Under the pieces are notes generated by a model. It was not told where the DNA came from, did no database searches, and was given only the letters and a program-made list of their open reading frames with translations. Below, piece after piece: positions 35,471 through 45,757 of a stretch of 64,000 nucleotides of DNA (its first letter is position 1; each line of letters starts with the position of its first letter). The stretch comes from Minisyncoccota bacterium. GTDB lineage: Bacteria > Patescibacteriota > Minisyncoccia > Phycocordibacterales > UBA5272. Where the stretch lies: contig JAXLZS010000001.1 of assembly GCA_046350775.1 (NCBI GenBank), positions 287,930-351,929 of the forward strand, given 5' to 3'. The translations under genes and the position numbers were made by a program.

Positions 35471-36781
35471 TTAGTTGGCGACTATGATTGTATATACAGA
35501 TATAGTATTTGAAGTAGGACTATCTTTTAAGAAGATATTTACTTTGCTGCCAGATGATCCCCAAGACCTGTTTCCGTAAATAGTAAATGCCCAAGCCTTT
35601 TGTGAAGACAGACTTGTCGCCTCATAAAAGCTTCCGTTAACACCTGTAGAGACCGGAGAATAGCTGGAAGATTTTGAGCAATCAGAGCTTCCTAAGTTTA
35701 TACAAATACTTGGACTACTAGAGTTGCTCGAAAATGTAAAGAATAAATTATTACCCTTGGATAATGAGATAGTACCTCCTAATGAAGAGAGTTTATTGTT
35801 GTTGAGAACTAGAGAATTGGCAGATTGTGTCTGTGTAGTAGTTGGCGGTATCACGATGTTAGAATTTGCAGTTGGAGTAACAGATGTATACTCTGCTGTG
35901 CTGGATTTAGAAGGTGTAGCTTTTGTTGTTGGTATTACAGTAGTTTTTTTAGTAGTTGACACAGAGCTAGTATTTATTTTTGTTGAATTTTTACTAGGAG
36001 AAAGGGGCTTGTCTACGTAGGTCACCTTTGGATACTTTACACAAGTTAATTCTTTTAATATATCTCTAGTCTCTACTGTGACTGTACCTGTCACACTTAG
36101 CTCATTTCTATATTGAAATCTTTTTACTCCCATCTCTGTGGCTCTGCCATAAAATCCTGTAGCCCCAGTTTCTAAAAATCCCCTATCTGTCAGATAACTT
36201 TGTATAGCGGACACTTCTCCACCAGTATTAGAATCTCTTATACCATAAGATAAATCATGACTAAGTGATAGACAATAAGGATAATCAGTAGGATCAAGAT
36301 TTAAAAAAGGTCCTGACGCCAAACTTGGATCTGGCATAATTGTATTCTCATAATTATTAGCTGTCACTACAGGGACAATATTATTTGTTGACGCGTTAGC
36401 ATTTCCAGAGACTACTACACCATTATTAACTGTGGTTGTGGTCACGACCGGATTATTGTTTGAATTATTATTTATTGTTGGGTTTGTAGGATCATATGTC
36501 ACATCTTGCGTATATCCACTCTGTCTGAGATTATATTCATCATCAACCAAATTATATCCTGGAGGACATGTGTATTGATCATCAATGACAACAAAAACTT
36601 TTGATTGAGGATTGGCACATAATATCAATGTAGCATTAGCCTTGCTTCTTGGAAAGAAAATAAAAGCAGATACAATTATAAAAAGTATCAGAAAATAAGA
36701 TGAAATATTAACTATTTTTTTTCGAATATTCATAATAATAGTCTTACTACACACTATTAGTATATCAGATTTTTTAGCCAT
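35471..36781 (-). CDS. secreted Ser/Thr-rich protein containing a peptidoglycan-binding (PG_binding_1-like) domain
   Basis: N-terminal TM anchor, then GGEVSAIQSYLTDRGFLETGATGFYGRATEMGVKRFQYRNELSVTGTVTVETRDIL matching the PG-binding consensus (V..LQ..L...G...DG.FG..T..AV..FQ...GL..TG..). Confidence 0.5.
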   Translation of the reverse strand: MAKKSDILIVCSKTIIMNIRKKIVNISSYFLILFIIVSAFIFFPRSKANATLILCANPQSKVFVVIDDQYTCPPGYNLVDDEYNLRQSGYTQDVTYDPTNPTINNNSNNNPVVTTTTVNNGVVVSGNANASTNNIVPVVTANNYENTIMPDPSLASGPFLNLDPTDYPYCLSLSHDLSYGIRDSNTGGEVSAIQSYLTDRGFLETGATGFYGRATEMGVKRFQYRNELSVTGTVTVETRDILKELTCVKYPKVTYVDKPLSPSKNSTKINTSSVSTTKKTTVIPTTKATPSKSSTAEYTSVTPTANSNIVIPPTTTQTQSANSLVLNNNKLSSLGGTISLSKGNNLFFTFSSNSSSPSICINLGSSDCSKSSSYSPVSTGVNGSFYEATSLSSQKAWAFTIYGNRSWGSSGSKVNIFLKDSPTSNTISVYTIIVAN

Positions 36782-38205
36782 TTTATTAAATCAGTATCCA
36801 CAGCTTTATCTTTCTTAACATTCTCAGAATATTCTTTACGATTTTTTGTATTTACCACTTTTGTTGGCTCTATTTTACTAATATCTAGAGAGCTCAAGAC
36901 TAAATGTCTTAATATACTGACATCATTTACTGTAGAAACAGATTTTAAATCATCATTCTTTATATTTTCAGGATTACGATTCAAAACTTTTTGAGAAATC
37001 TGTTTTTCTGTTGTGACATCGGTCAAGCTGGAAAATTTTTGAGCAACTTTTATATCTTTTTTAAGATTTTCAGATGTGTTTATTGGAGAAGAACTTGAGA
37101 CTACAGAAGATGTTCCAACTTCTTGTTTTATAGAATAATCCAATAAAAGATTTTTATCCGGATAATTTAAAGATATATGCATTGCTGGCAACTTAAATCC
37201 AAGCGCCTCTCCCGACACATGTACAGTCTTCTTTTTGTCTATGACAAAATTCTTTGGTAATTTATAAAAAGTATTATCAATATTCAAATAAAAATTTGAT
37301 AAAAATAAATCATAATCAGTATTGTTTTGTAAGTCTATATAATTCTCTTTTCCGCCGGATCCTACTTTTATTATTTTTATATCTGGGGTCACGACTGTGA
37401 CTTTCATTTTCGCTTGAGCACCGCCCATATATCCATCAGCACTAGCAATCAAAGTATATTCTCCAGGATAAGTGTAGTGATACGAAGTCTTACTATCAAA
37501 TTTTTCTCCACCGTCTCCAAAGCTCCAATTAAAATCAAGTCCATTTAGTATATTTTTTTGAGAATCAAGCACTTTTACAACATATTCTACATCTGCTCCA
37601 GCTGGCACAACCCTTTCTTCTGGTAAAAGTACTTGTATGTCTCCATATTTATTCTGATTATTACTAGGAACATAGACATAGACCGTGTTGGTTATTACTG
37701 TATTTGTATTTGTAGTTGTAGAATTTGTGGAGGTCGCATTTGTAGATGTCGAATTTGTACTAGTAGAATTATTTACAGTATTGCCAGAACCGCAAGAGGT
37801 GGAAGATAAAGTATCAAGACTCGCAACATCAAAAGATGTAATGTCGTCACTTTTTTTAAATAAAAGACTATCCCCTACTTTTACTCCTAATGAAGAATGA
37901 AATACTGGACAAGATATATTTTGAAGTACTTGTCTGCTTTCATCTTTTGCAATTATAAAATATGAATTTGCTGGTATTAAAAATGAGGACCCAATATTTG
38001 TGGTAGAGATAGCATGCCCATTTGTAGATGCTCCACTATCAAAAACTTTGTATCCTGTGATGTCTACCGATTCAGATTTGTCATTATAAATCTCAATCCA
38101 AGGATATGATACTGGTCCAGATACTTTTGTTATCTGAAAAGCCAAAGAACTTTGCAAAGATGAAATAAACAAAATAAAGAACATTAAAATATATTTATTT
38201 TTCAT
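36757..38205 (-). CDS. secreted surface protein with an N-terminal lamin-tail-like (LTD) domain, an STN-rich linker and a PKD-like domain
   Basis: Signal peptide; WIEIYNDKSESVDITGYKVF (LTD-like); NWSFGDGGEKFDSKTSYHYTYPGEYTLIASADG (PKD-like WxFGDG...Y.Y...G.Y.V). The TSTNSTSTNATSTN linker is encoded by short DNA tandem repeats. Confidence 0.5.
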   Translation of the reverse strand: MKNKYILMFFILFISSLQSSLAFQITKVSGPVSYPWIEIYNDKSESVDITGYKVFDSGASTNGHAISTTNIGSSFLIPANSYFIIAKDESRQVLQNISCPVFHSSLGVKVGDSLLFKKSDDITSFDVASLDTLSSTSCGSGNTVNNSTSTNSTSTNATSTNSTTTNTNTVITNTVYVYVPSNNQNKYGDIQVLLPEERVVPAGADVEYVVKVLDSQKNILNGLDFNWSFGDGGEKFDSKTSYHYTYPGEYTLIASADGYMGGAQAKMKVTVVTPDIKIIKVGSGGKENYIDLQNNTDYDLFLSNFYLNIDNTFYKLPKNFVIDKKKTVHVSGEALGFKLPAMHISLNYPDKNLLLDYSIKQEVGTSSVVSSSSPINTSENLKKDIKVAQKFSSLTDVTTEKQISQKVLNRNPENIKNDDLKSVSTVNDVSILRHLVLSSLDISKIEPTKVVNTKNRKEYSENVKKDKAVDTDLIKWLKNLIY

Positions 38206-38373
38206 ATTAAAATATTTGATATTTGATAAAAGTACAAATATATTGTATCACTATTTTATGTTAAATATTTGTTAAGAGAGTGTTATAAATAAAAAAATTT
38301 AGAGTATTATTAATATATAGACGTGTAGAAAATCTACTCTATAAGAAAATATTAATATATAAATAATAAAAAT

Positions 38374-39147
38374 ATGAAAATCAAATTTAATAAAATTAAA
38401 GCATTGGCTACTGGAGCACTCTTATTAAGTGTTCTAAGTATAGCGGTAGTGAATGCTGAAACCAATAAAAGAATTGAAGGAAAAAATGATGAAAAAGGTC
38501 GTCCTGAGATGATGATTAAAAATGGTAAATTTGTGAGTGGTACAGTGACTGCTATAAATGGAAATACTTTGACATTATCTGCCACAAACCCAAATTCATC
38601 TTCTACAACAATCTATACAGTAGACATATCTAATGCTTTTATAGTTAAAAATGGAGCAACCGGTATAGCGGTAAATGACAAAGTCGTAGTCAGTGGAATA
38701 GTAAATGGTAACTCCATAATAGCTAAAATAGTCTACGACGGACCAAATTTCTTGAGAGCAGAAAAAGAGAAAGAGCCAATAGATGGTATAGTGACTGCTA
38801 TAAATGGTAATATTTTGACAATTTCTCAAAATATTAAAAGAGAGGAAAATGGATCAAGCACAAAGATCTACACAGTCGACGCTACAAATGCTTTAATTAT
38901 AAAAGGTGGAGCTACAAGTTCTGTATCAGCTATAAATGTCAACGATAAAATCATGGTAAATGGCACTGTAAACGGTACAACCATAACAGCTAAAATTATT
39001 CATGACGGTGTTGGCCAGAAAAACTGGAACAAAGACGGAGAAAAACACGATGATAAAGAAAATTTTAGTAAAACAGAAAAAGAGCAAACAAGATTTTTTG
39101 ATAAATTCAAAAATTTCTTCAGAGGTTTTTTAAGAAAAAACAGATAA
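38374..39147 (+). CDS. secreted protein with two tandem ~80-aa repeats; unknown function
   Basis: Signal peptide ending ...VVNAE. The repeat GTVTAINGNTLTLSA...TIYTVDISNAFIVKNGATGIAVNDKVVVSGIVNGNSIIAKIVYDG recurs as GIVTAINGNILTISQ...KIYTVDATNALIIKGGAT...VNGTVNGTTITAKIIHDG. Confidence 0.5.
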   Translation: MKIKFNKIKALATGALLLSVLSIAVVNAETNKRIEGKNDEKGRPEMMIKNGKFVSGTVTAINGNTLTLSATNPNSSSTTIYTVDISNAFIVKNGATGIAVNDKVVVSGIVNGNSIIAKIVYDGPNFLRAEKEKEPIDGIVTAINGNILTISQNIKREENGSSTKIYTVDATNALIIKGGATSSVSAINVNDKIMVNGTVNGTTITAKIIHDGVGQKNWNKDGEKHDDKENFSKTEKEQTRFFDKFKNFFRGFLRKNR

Positions 39148-39172
39148 AAATAAATAAAGTATTGAAAAATAA

Positions 39173-39206
39173 TAAAAAGCGAGAAAATCTCGCTTTTTAT
39201 TATTTA
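39173..39206 (+). terminator. rho-independent terminator
   Basis: AGCGAGA-AAAT-CTCGCT hairpin followed by TTTTTATTATTT. Confidence 0.7.
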
Positions 39207-39226
39207 ATAAATATACACAATCAAGT

Positions 39227-39254
39227 TTGCAAAAAGATTATATTTTGATATAAT
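39227..39254 (+). promoter_or_regulatory. promoter of secG (TTGCAA, 16-nt spacer, TATAAT); a very short leader is implied
   Basis: The -10 TATAAT sits at 39249-39254, only ~9 nt before the ATG at 39264. Confidence 0.45.
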
Positions 39255-39263
39255 GTATATATC

Positions 39264-39479
39264 ATGAATTGGCTATCAACCACAATCGCAATTATCTCCA
39301 TACTACTCTTAGTTCTAGTTTTAATGCAAAAGTCAAATACAGACGGAGCTGGGCTTGGAGGAGATTCTCTTGGTATTAATACAAGAAAAAGAGGCTTAGA
39401 AAAGACCTTGTTTAAGGCGACTATAGTTGTGGCTATAATTTTTGTTGTGTTAAATTTTATCGCTTTTTTTGTAAAATAA
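39264..39479 (+). CDS. secG: preprotein translocase subunit SecG
   Basis: 71 aa with two TM helices and a Gly-rich loop (LMQKSNTDGAGLGGDSLGIN) typical of SecG. Confidence 0.65.
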   Translation: MNWLSTTIAIISILLLVLVLMQKSNTDGAGLGGDSLGINTRKRGLEKTLFKATIVVAIIFVVLNFIAFFVK

Positions 39480-39598
39480 TTTATTAAGTCTTAATTTAAT
39501 TTAATCTTAATTTCTTATTAATATAAAAATAATTAATAATTACTTATATATTAGAATATATCTTAAAATTTTAAAATAAATTCTAATAATAGAAAAAC

Positions 39599-41527
39599 AT
39601 GGAAGAAAAGGAAACAAATAAAAACTACAAAGATAATTTTGGTAATAATTCTTTAGAAAACCCTTCTGAAAATCCTCTAAAAAATACCATAAACATATCC
39701 TATATAGAACATAGAGAAAAAAGAAAAAGAAATAAAAAAAGTTTCTTTAAAAATATCAAAAAGAAAATAAAATTATTTTTCTCATCATATCTCTTGACCT
39801 ATAAATCTCTACCGACAAAAAAAATAGCTTTTTTTTGGAGCATGTTGATCCTTGCTCTATTATTTTTACTTCTTTCAATAAATACTCTTAGCAATAAATT
39901 TATGGTAGAAATACCTTCATATGGAGGAACTTGGAATGAGGGTATTGTTGGAGTCCCTAGATATATAAATCCTGTCTTAACAATATCAGAATCAGACAAG
40001 GACATGACTGCTCTAATATATTCAGGATTACTCAAAAAAGACAGAGAGGGAAACATGATAAATAATCTAGCTGGCAGTATTGAAGAAAGTGAAGACAATT
40101 TAACATTCACTGTAACAATAAAAGAAAAAGCTAAATTCCAAGACGGTGTAAAAGTGACAGCTGATGACGTATTGTTTACTTTAGCCAAAATACAAGACAA
40201 AAATATTAACAGCCCTTTAGCTATAAATTTCGAAGGAGTGACAGCTGAAAAAAGTGATGAAAATACAATAATTTTTCACCTAAAAAAACCTTATTATCAT
40301 TTTAAAGAATCTTTAGATTTCGGCATATTACCAAAACATATCTGGGGAGAAATGTCTGCTGAGGAATTTTCTCTTACAGAATATAATACAAAACCTGTCG
40401 GATCCGGGCCTTATAAAATATCTAATATTATAAAAAATTCAAATCTAGCAAAAGAATACCAGCTTACTTCTTTTAAAAATTATGTAGGAGGAAGACCTTT
40501 TATAGATAAAATAAATATTTTTATATATCAAGACAATAAATCTCTTTTATCAGGATTAAATTCTGGAGATATAGAGGCTACCCAATATCTTGATATAAAA
40601 TACTTTGACAAAGTCGCTAATAAAAATATTATTTCAGCATCATTGCCAAATCTTTTTTCATTATCTTTTAATCCAAATAAGAATAATATCTTTGCAAATA
40701 AAAATGTAAGGACAGCCCTAGCTACGACTATAGACAAACAAGACATTATAAATAATATATTCAACAACTACGCCAGAAAGACAGATCTAGTCTTCCCCTA
40801 TAATCAGGACCAGACTATTTTAGATGACAACTTTAATAATCAAAACTTTTTAGATCAAAAAACAAAAAACTCTTTAGCTTCTTCAACTAACGGGGTATTT
40901 ATATCAAGGATAGATATAGCAAAAAATATTTTAGGAAATTCTTTGAAAAACAAAAATATGGAAATAAATATCTCTACTGCAGACATAGAAGATTTAAAAT
41001 CTGTAGCAAACAAGATATCAGAAGCTTGGTCCTCTCTAGGATTTAAAGTAAATATAAAAACTTACAGCTTGCCAGATATAGCTGATGTTATAAAAAATAG
41101 AGATTTTGAAGTCTTATTATTTGGATCGATAATAAATTATGATACAGATCTATACGCTTATTGGCATTCTTCACAAAGAATCTATCCAGGACTAAATATC
41201 ACAGGATATGCAAGCAAAAAATTAGATATTAATCTAGAAACATTAAAAAATAGTATGAACAAGGAAGATAGACATGAGGCACTGCAAAATATAAACAAAG
41301 AATTATCAGACGAAAACCAGATCATACCAATATATTCAAATAATTTTAATTATTTAATAACCGAAAAAGATTTAAGAGATATTGTAGCAAATAATATTCC
41401 GACAAAAATGAAAGATGGAAGCGAAAGATATAGAGATGTCGATGAGTGGTATATCTATAAAGAAAAAGTTTGGAGATTCAGCTACTTTAAAAATTTACAA
41501 GAAAAATTATCAAACATAATACATTAA
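39599..41527 (+). CDS. ABC transporter substrate-binding protein, family 5 (peptide/nickel/oligopeptide SBP) with N-terminal Lys-rich extension and TM anchor
   Basis: A GTWNEGIVGVPRYINPVL-type N-lobe motif and overall SBP_bac_5 architecture. No permease or ATPase genes are adjacent. Confidence 0.7.
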   Translation: MEEKETNKNYKDNFGNNSLENPSENPLKNTINISYIEHREKRKRNKKSFFKNIKKKIKLFFSSYLLTYKSLPTKKIAFFWSMLILALLFLLLSINTLSNKFMVEIPSYGGTWNEGIVGVPRYINPVLTISESDKDMTALIYSGLLKKDREGNMINNLAGSIEESEDNLTFTVTIKEKAKFQDGVKVTADDVLFTLAKIQDKNINSPLAINFEGVTAEKSDENTIIFHLKKPYYHFKESLDFGILPKHIWGEMSAEEFSLTEYNTKPVGSGPYKISNIIKNSNLAKEYQLTSFKNYVGGRPFIDKINIFIYQDNKSLLSGLNSGDIEATQYLDIKYFDKVANKNIISASLPNLFSLSFNPNKNNIFANKNVRTALATTIDKQDIINNIFNNYARKTDLVFPYNQDQTILDDNFNNQNFLDQKTKNSLASSTNGVFISRIDIAKNILGNSLKNKNMEINISTADIEDLKSVANKISEAWSSLGFKVNIKTYSLPDIADVIKNRDFEVLLFGSIINYDTDLYAYWHSSQRIYPGLNITGYASKKLDINLETLKNSMNKEDRHEALQNINKELSDENQIIPIYSNNFNYLITEKDLRDIVANNIPTKMKDGSERYRDVDEWYIYKEKVWRFSYFKNLQEKLSNIIH

Positions 41528-41544
41528 AAAATAATTATAAATTT

Positions 41545-43440
41545 ATGAACAATACAAATAATAATCAAAAAAATAATAATCGCAATCACCATAGACATGG
41601 CAGCTCTAACAGACCTGCTCCAAAAGAAAAAAATACTAGGAGTAGCTACGCTAGTATGAGTAAAAGATCCAGTTCTCGCCCACCAATCAGAAATCGTAAA
41701 AATTCTGGACCAAAATTTGAGACAAAGATCTCTGAAGCTACGGAATTAGCTCACATACCTCCATTAGCTTCTGATTCAATCAGGATAATAAATCTTGGCG
41801 GAGTAGAAGAAATCGGAAGAAATATGAGCTGTATAGAGTACAAAGATTCAATAATAATCATAGATTGTGGATTCCAGTTTTCTGAAAGCACAACTCCAGG
41901 AATAGAATGTATTCTTCCAAATACAAGATATCTAGAAGAAAATAAACACAAAATAAAAGGAATGCTAATAACACACGGTCACCTTGACCATATCGGAGCT
42001 ATCCCCTACATACTACCTAGAATAGGAAACCCAAAAATATATTCTCGTCAATTTACTGCTCTCATGATCAAAAAGCGTCACGAAGAATTCCCACATCTAG
42101 ATCCTTTAAACATAGAAATAATAGAGACAGATAATACTGTAAATCTTGGAGATATCACAGCGAAATTTTTTGCAGTATCTCATGCCATACCAGACTCAAT
42201 GGGTATCATAATAGAGACTCCTTATGGAGATATAGTACACACAGGAGACCTCCGTCTAGATCATGACAACGGTGTACCAACAGAAGCTGAAATAAATAGA
42301 TATAAAATATTTGAAAATAGAAATATTCTTTGTCTTATGACAGACTCCACAAATTGTGAAAATCCAGGTTTTTCTATCTCAGATCGTGTAGTATTTGAAA
42401 ATATTAGAAAAATAATAAAAGATACTCCAGGTAGACTAATCATTGCAACATTCTCTTCTCAAGTAGAGAGAATGCTAGAAATAATGAAAATGATAGAATC
42501 TTTTGGTAAAAAAATAGCAGTGGAAGGAAGAAGTATAAAAACAAACATAGAAGTAGCAAAATTGGCTGGATTATTGAAAATTGATCCTAATATCATAATC
42601 CCGATAGAAGATATGGAAAATTATCCAGCAGAAAAAGTCGTAATCTTGGCGACCGGCGCCCAAGGAGAAGAGTTCGCTGTCTTAAATAGAGCCGCAAACG
42701 GTACACATAAATATGTAAAACTTGATAAAAAGACTACTATTTTGATGTCTTCGTCGATAGTGCCTGGAAATGAAAGGGCTGTACAAATGCTCAAAGATAA
42801 ACTATCGAGAAAAGGAGCCCATATAATCCATTACAAGACTTCAGATGTACACTCATCAGGACATGCCAATCATGACGAATTGGTGTGGATTCATAAAAAA
42901 ATACATCCTAAATTTTTTATTCCAGTCCATGGGTATCACTATATGTTAAGAGTCCACGCTGATATACAAAGAGAACTTGGTATGACAGAAGAAAATATAA
43001 TAATTCCAGATAATGGTATGATTATCGAAATCCAAAATGGTGGACAAAAAATCGTGTCATTAAAAGAATTCGCTCCAAATGAAATGATAATAGTCGATGG
43101 TATGTCTGTAGGAAAAATCCAAGATGTCGTCATGCGTGATAGACAAACTCTAGCTGAAGACGGAATGTTTGTAGTCATAGGAGTAATAGATAATCATACA
43201 AAAAAACTAAAAAAATCTCCAGATCTAATCTCTCGTGGTTTTGTCTATCTAAAAGAGTCTCAAGATCTTCTTTATCAGACCAGATCTCTTGCAAAAAAGA
43301 TCATAGAAGATGCTATAGATAAAAATATAAATGTCAGCATGGATGATATAAAAGATAATTTAAATGAAAATATCTCAAAATTCCTTCTACAAAAAACAGC
43401 AAAAAGACCAGTCATAATACCTGTAATTATAGTGGTATAA
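41545..43440 (+). CDS. rnj: ribonuclease J (metallo-beta-lactamase / beta-CASP family) with a low-complexity basic N-terminal extension
   Basis: MBL motif ITHGHLDHIGAIPYIL, beta-CASP motifs, and a C-terminal domain; 631 aa. Confidence 0.85.
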   Translation: MNNTNNNQKNNNRNHHRHGSSNRPAPKEKNTRSSYASMSKRSSSRPPIRNRKNSGPKFETKISEATELAHIPPLASDSIRIINLGGVEEIGRNMSCIEYKDSIIIIDCGFQFSESTTPGIECILPNTRYLEENKHKIKGMLITHGHLDHIGAIPYILPRIGNPKIYSRQFTALMIKKRHEEFPHLDPLNIEIIETDNTVNLGDITAKFFAVSHAIPDSMGIIIETPYGDIVHTGDLRLDHDNGVPTEAEINRYKIFENRNILCLMTDSTNCENPGFSISDRVVFENIRKIIKDTPGRLIIATFSSQVERMLEIMKMIESFGKKIAVEGRSIKTNIEVAKLAGLLKIDPNIIIPIEDMENYPAEKVVILATGAQGEEFAVLNRAANGTHKYVKLDKKTTILMSSSIVPGNERAVQMLKDKLSRKGAHIIHYKTSDVHSSGHANHDELVWIHKKIHPKFFIPVHGYHYMLRVHADIQRELGMTEENIIIPDNGMIIEIQNGGQKIVSLKEFAPNEMIIVDGMSVGKIQDVVMRDRQTLAEDGMFVVIGVIDNHTKKLKKSPDLISRGFVYLKESQDLLYQTRSLAKKIIEDAIDKNINVSMDDIKDNLNENISKFLLQKTAKRPVIIPVIIVV

Positions 43441-43462
43441 TATAAAAATATAATTTTATATT

Positions 43463-44752
43463 ATGGATGATGGAATGAAAAAACGACTATTAAGTGTCGC
43501 ATATGTTGCAACTATATTTTATGCTTTGCACTACTTTTTGCTCTATTTTATCTTTTCTGATTTTCTCAATCAATATTTTAGTCCAGTAAAATTAAGTCTT
43601 ATATTTGCTGGTAGTGCTTTTGCCTCGATAATAATTTCAAACTTTTTTGGTGATATATTAAAAAAATTTACAAATTATAAAAGCCTAATTTCAATATTGA
43701 TAATACAGTTTTTTGCTACGATTTCTTTGGTCTTCGTAAATAATTTTAACTTATATCTAATATCTTTTCTGGCAATATTACATATAACTCTTGTCACCAT
43801 AATATGGGTATCTATAAATATATTTATAGAAGAATTTTCTGATCATGAAAATATAGGCTCCATACGAGGAACAATATTAACCCTTTATAATTTTGGAGCA
43901 ATATCAGCACCTTTTATTTCAGCTCAATTTTATAATTTGATAGGATATACAGGTATATTTGTTTTAAGTGCTTTAACTATTTTACCCTTAATATATCTGA
44001 CTAATAGATTTTTCAATCATGTCGTAGAGCCTAAATATAAACATATAAATCTTTTTAAAAGTTTTAAAATAATTAAAAACAATAGAAATGTAAGAGGCGT
44101 CATAACTTCATCTTTTATATTAAATTCTTTTTATGCTGTAATAAATATTTATCTCATACTTTATCTCACACAAGATCTTGGTATACCAATACTTCTTTAT
44201 CTTGGAATAATCACTCCAGTCTCAATAATCCCCTTCATTTTAATACCCTATGAGCTAGGAAAATATTCTGATGAATTATTTGGAGAGAAGAAAGCTATGC
44301 TTTTTGGTATATTTCTATTAAGCATCATACTAGTCTCTATTTATGCTTTTGATATCAAAACTACAAACATATTAATCTGGATGGTCATATTGTTTCTTGC
44401 AAGACTTGGAGCAACAATAACTGAGACAGAAAACTATGCTTATTTTTATAAAGAAATAGATGGAAGTAGTGCTGGACTTATAGCTCTATTTCAAAACATG
44501 AGTCACGCAGGATTCTTGTTTATATCCACAACAGGAGCTTTATTGATCAAATTACTAGACATAAAGCTAACCTTTATGTTTTTACTTGTTGGACTCTTAG
44601 GATTTTTATCTATATTCGTAATATTAAAAATCCGTGATACAGAAATAAAGAGAAGAAAAATTGAATTAAAGCAGAAAAATAATTCTGAAAAAGAAAATTC
44701 AAATGATCCCAATAAGGAAAGTGTAGAAGTTGAAATAAATAATAATATATAA
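43463..44752 (+). CDS. MFS-type transporter-like membrane protein (about 12 TM)
   Basis: Hydropathy and overall length; no specific family signature checked. Confidence 0.5.
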   Translation: MDDGMKKRLLSVAYVATIFYALHYFLLYFIFSDFLNQYFSPVKLSLIFAGSAFASIIISNFFGDILKKFTNYKSLISILIIQFFATISLVFVNNFNLYLISFLAILHITLVTIIWVSINIFIEEFSDHENIGSIRGTILTLYNFGAISAPFISAQFYNLIGYTGIFVLSALTILPLIYLTNRFFNHVVEPKYKHINLFKSFKIIKNNRNVRGVITSSFILNSFYAVINIYLILYLTQDLGIPILLYLGIITPVSIIPFILIPYELGKYSDELFGEKKAMLFGIFLLSIILVSIYAFDIKTTNILIWMVILFLARLGATITETENYAYFYKEIDGSSAGLIALFQNMSHAGFLFISTTGALLIKLLDIKLTFMFLLVGLLGFLSIFVILKIRDTEIKRRKIELKQKNNSEKENSNDPNKESVEVEINNNI

Positions 44753-44756
44753 ATAT

Positions 44757-45458
44757 ATGAAAATAAAAGTAGATTTAAAGGATAAAGAAGTTGTTAGAAT
44801 AAATAAATATTTATCAGAATCTGGTATATTGTCTCGCCGAGAAGCTGATAAATTAATAACAGAAAACAAAATTCATATAAATAATAAAGTGGCAATCCTG
44901 GGCGACAAGGTTAAAAATGGTGACTCTGTTTTTATAAATCAAAAATTAGAAAAATTAAAATATTTTATATATAATAAAAAACGCGGAGAAGAGACTAGTT
45001 TTAAGATTAAAGGAGAAACAAGACTTGAGCCTATAGGAAGACTCGATAAAGAAAGTGAGGGATTACTCATTTATAGTAACGATTTTAGAATAGTAGAAAA
45101 ACTTTTAAATCCTAAAAATAAGCTAGAAAGAGAATATTTTGTCACAGTCAGAGAAAAAACAACTCCAAGAGTCAAAAATATTTTAGAAAAAGGAATAAAA
45201 ACACAAGAAGATGTGTATGCACCGGCAAAAAAAGTAACTATAAGTGAGGAGGAAAAAAATCTTATTAAAATAATACTAACAGAAGGAAAAAAGCATGAAA
45301 TAAGAAGAATGTTGAATGCTTTAAATTTTACAATATTATCACTAAAAAGAGTCAGATTTGAATTTTTAAAATTAGAAAATTTAAAACCTGGTCAAATGCG
45401 AGAGCTAACAAACATCGAACAAGAAAAACTTTTAAGATTATTAAAGATTGAAAATTAA
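44757..45458 (+). CDS. pseudouridine synthase, RsuA/RluB family (S4 domain + catalytic domain)
   Basis: S4-like INKYLSESGILSRREADKLI and the catalytic motif GRLDKESEGLLIYSND. Confidence 0.8.
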   Translation: MKIKVDLKDKEVVRINKYLSESGILSRREADKLITENKIHINNKVAILGDKVKNGDSVFINQKLEKLKYFIYNKKRGEETSFKIKGETRLEPIGRLDKESEGLLIYSNDFRIVEKLLNPKNKLEREYFVTVREKTTPRVKNILEKGIKTQEDVYAPAKKVTISEEEKNLIKIILTEGKKHEIRRMLNALNFTILSLKRVRFEFLKLENLKPGQMRELTNIEQEKLLRLLKIEN

Positions 45459-45490
45459 AAGAGCCACCAATTGGCAGCTCTTTAAAATCA
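45457..45490. terminator. bidirectional terminator
   Basis: AAGAGC..CCAATTGG..GCTCTT hairpin flanked by A- and T-runs. Confidence 0.5.
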
Positions 45491-45682
45491 TTTTCCTTTA
45501 GGTTTACCGCCATCGAACGATGGTTCAAACGAATCCTGTTCATCAAAAAGTAATCTCTCATATTCCGCAACTGAAATAAACTCCCCCTTTTTGGCTTTAA
45601 TTTTTTTACCTTTGTCTTCGAAATCCCTTTTAGCTATATAAGCTGAAGGTTGCTGATCTGGGTATGTTATAAAACTACACAT
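45488..45682 (-). CDS. small hypothetical protein (64 aa), uncertain
   Basis: ORF located between the ddl stop and the terminator. It has no obvious RBS and no motif. Confidence 0.25.
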   Translation of the reverse strand: MCSFITYPDQQPSAYIAKRDFEDKGKKIKAKKGEFISVAEYERLLFDEQDSFEPSFDGGKPKGK

Positions 45683-45757
45683 AATGGGTTAATTAAAAAT
45701 GAACAAATCTTGTTGACAGGAAAATGATAACAATATTTTAAAAAAATGTCAATCTGA

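Noticed and set aside
37700-37800. Short tandem DNA repeats (ACAAAT/TGTAGA-like units) that could be mistaken for a CRISPR-like or satellite array.
   Set aside because: They are in-frame and encode the STN-rich linker of the LTD/PKD surface protein; there are no spacer-repeat periodicity or cas genes.
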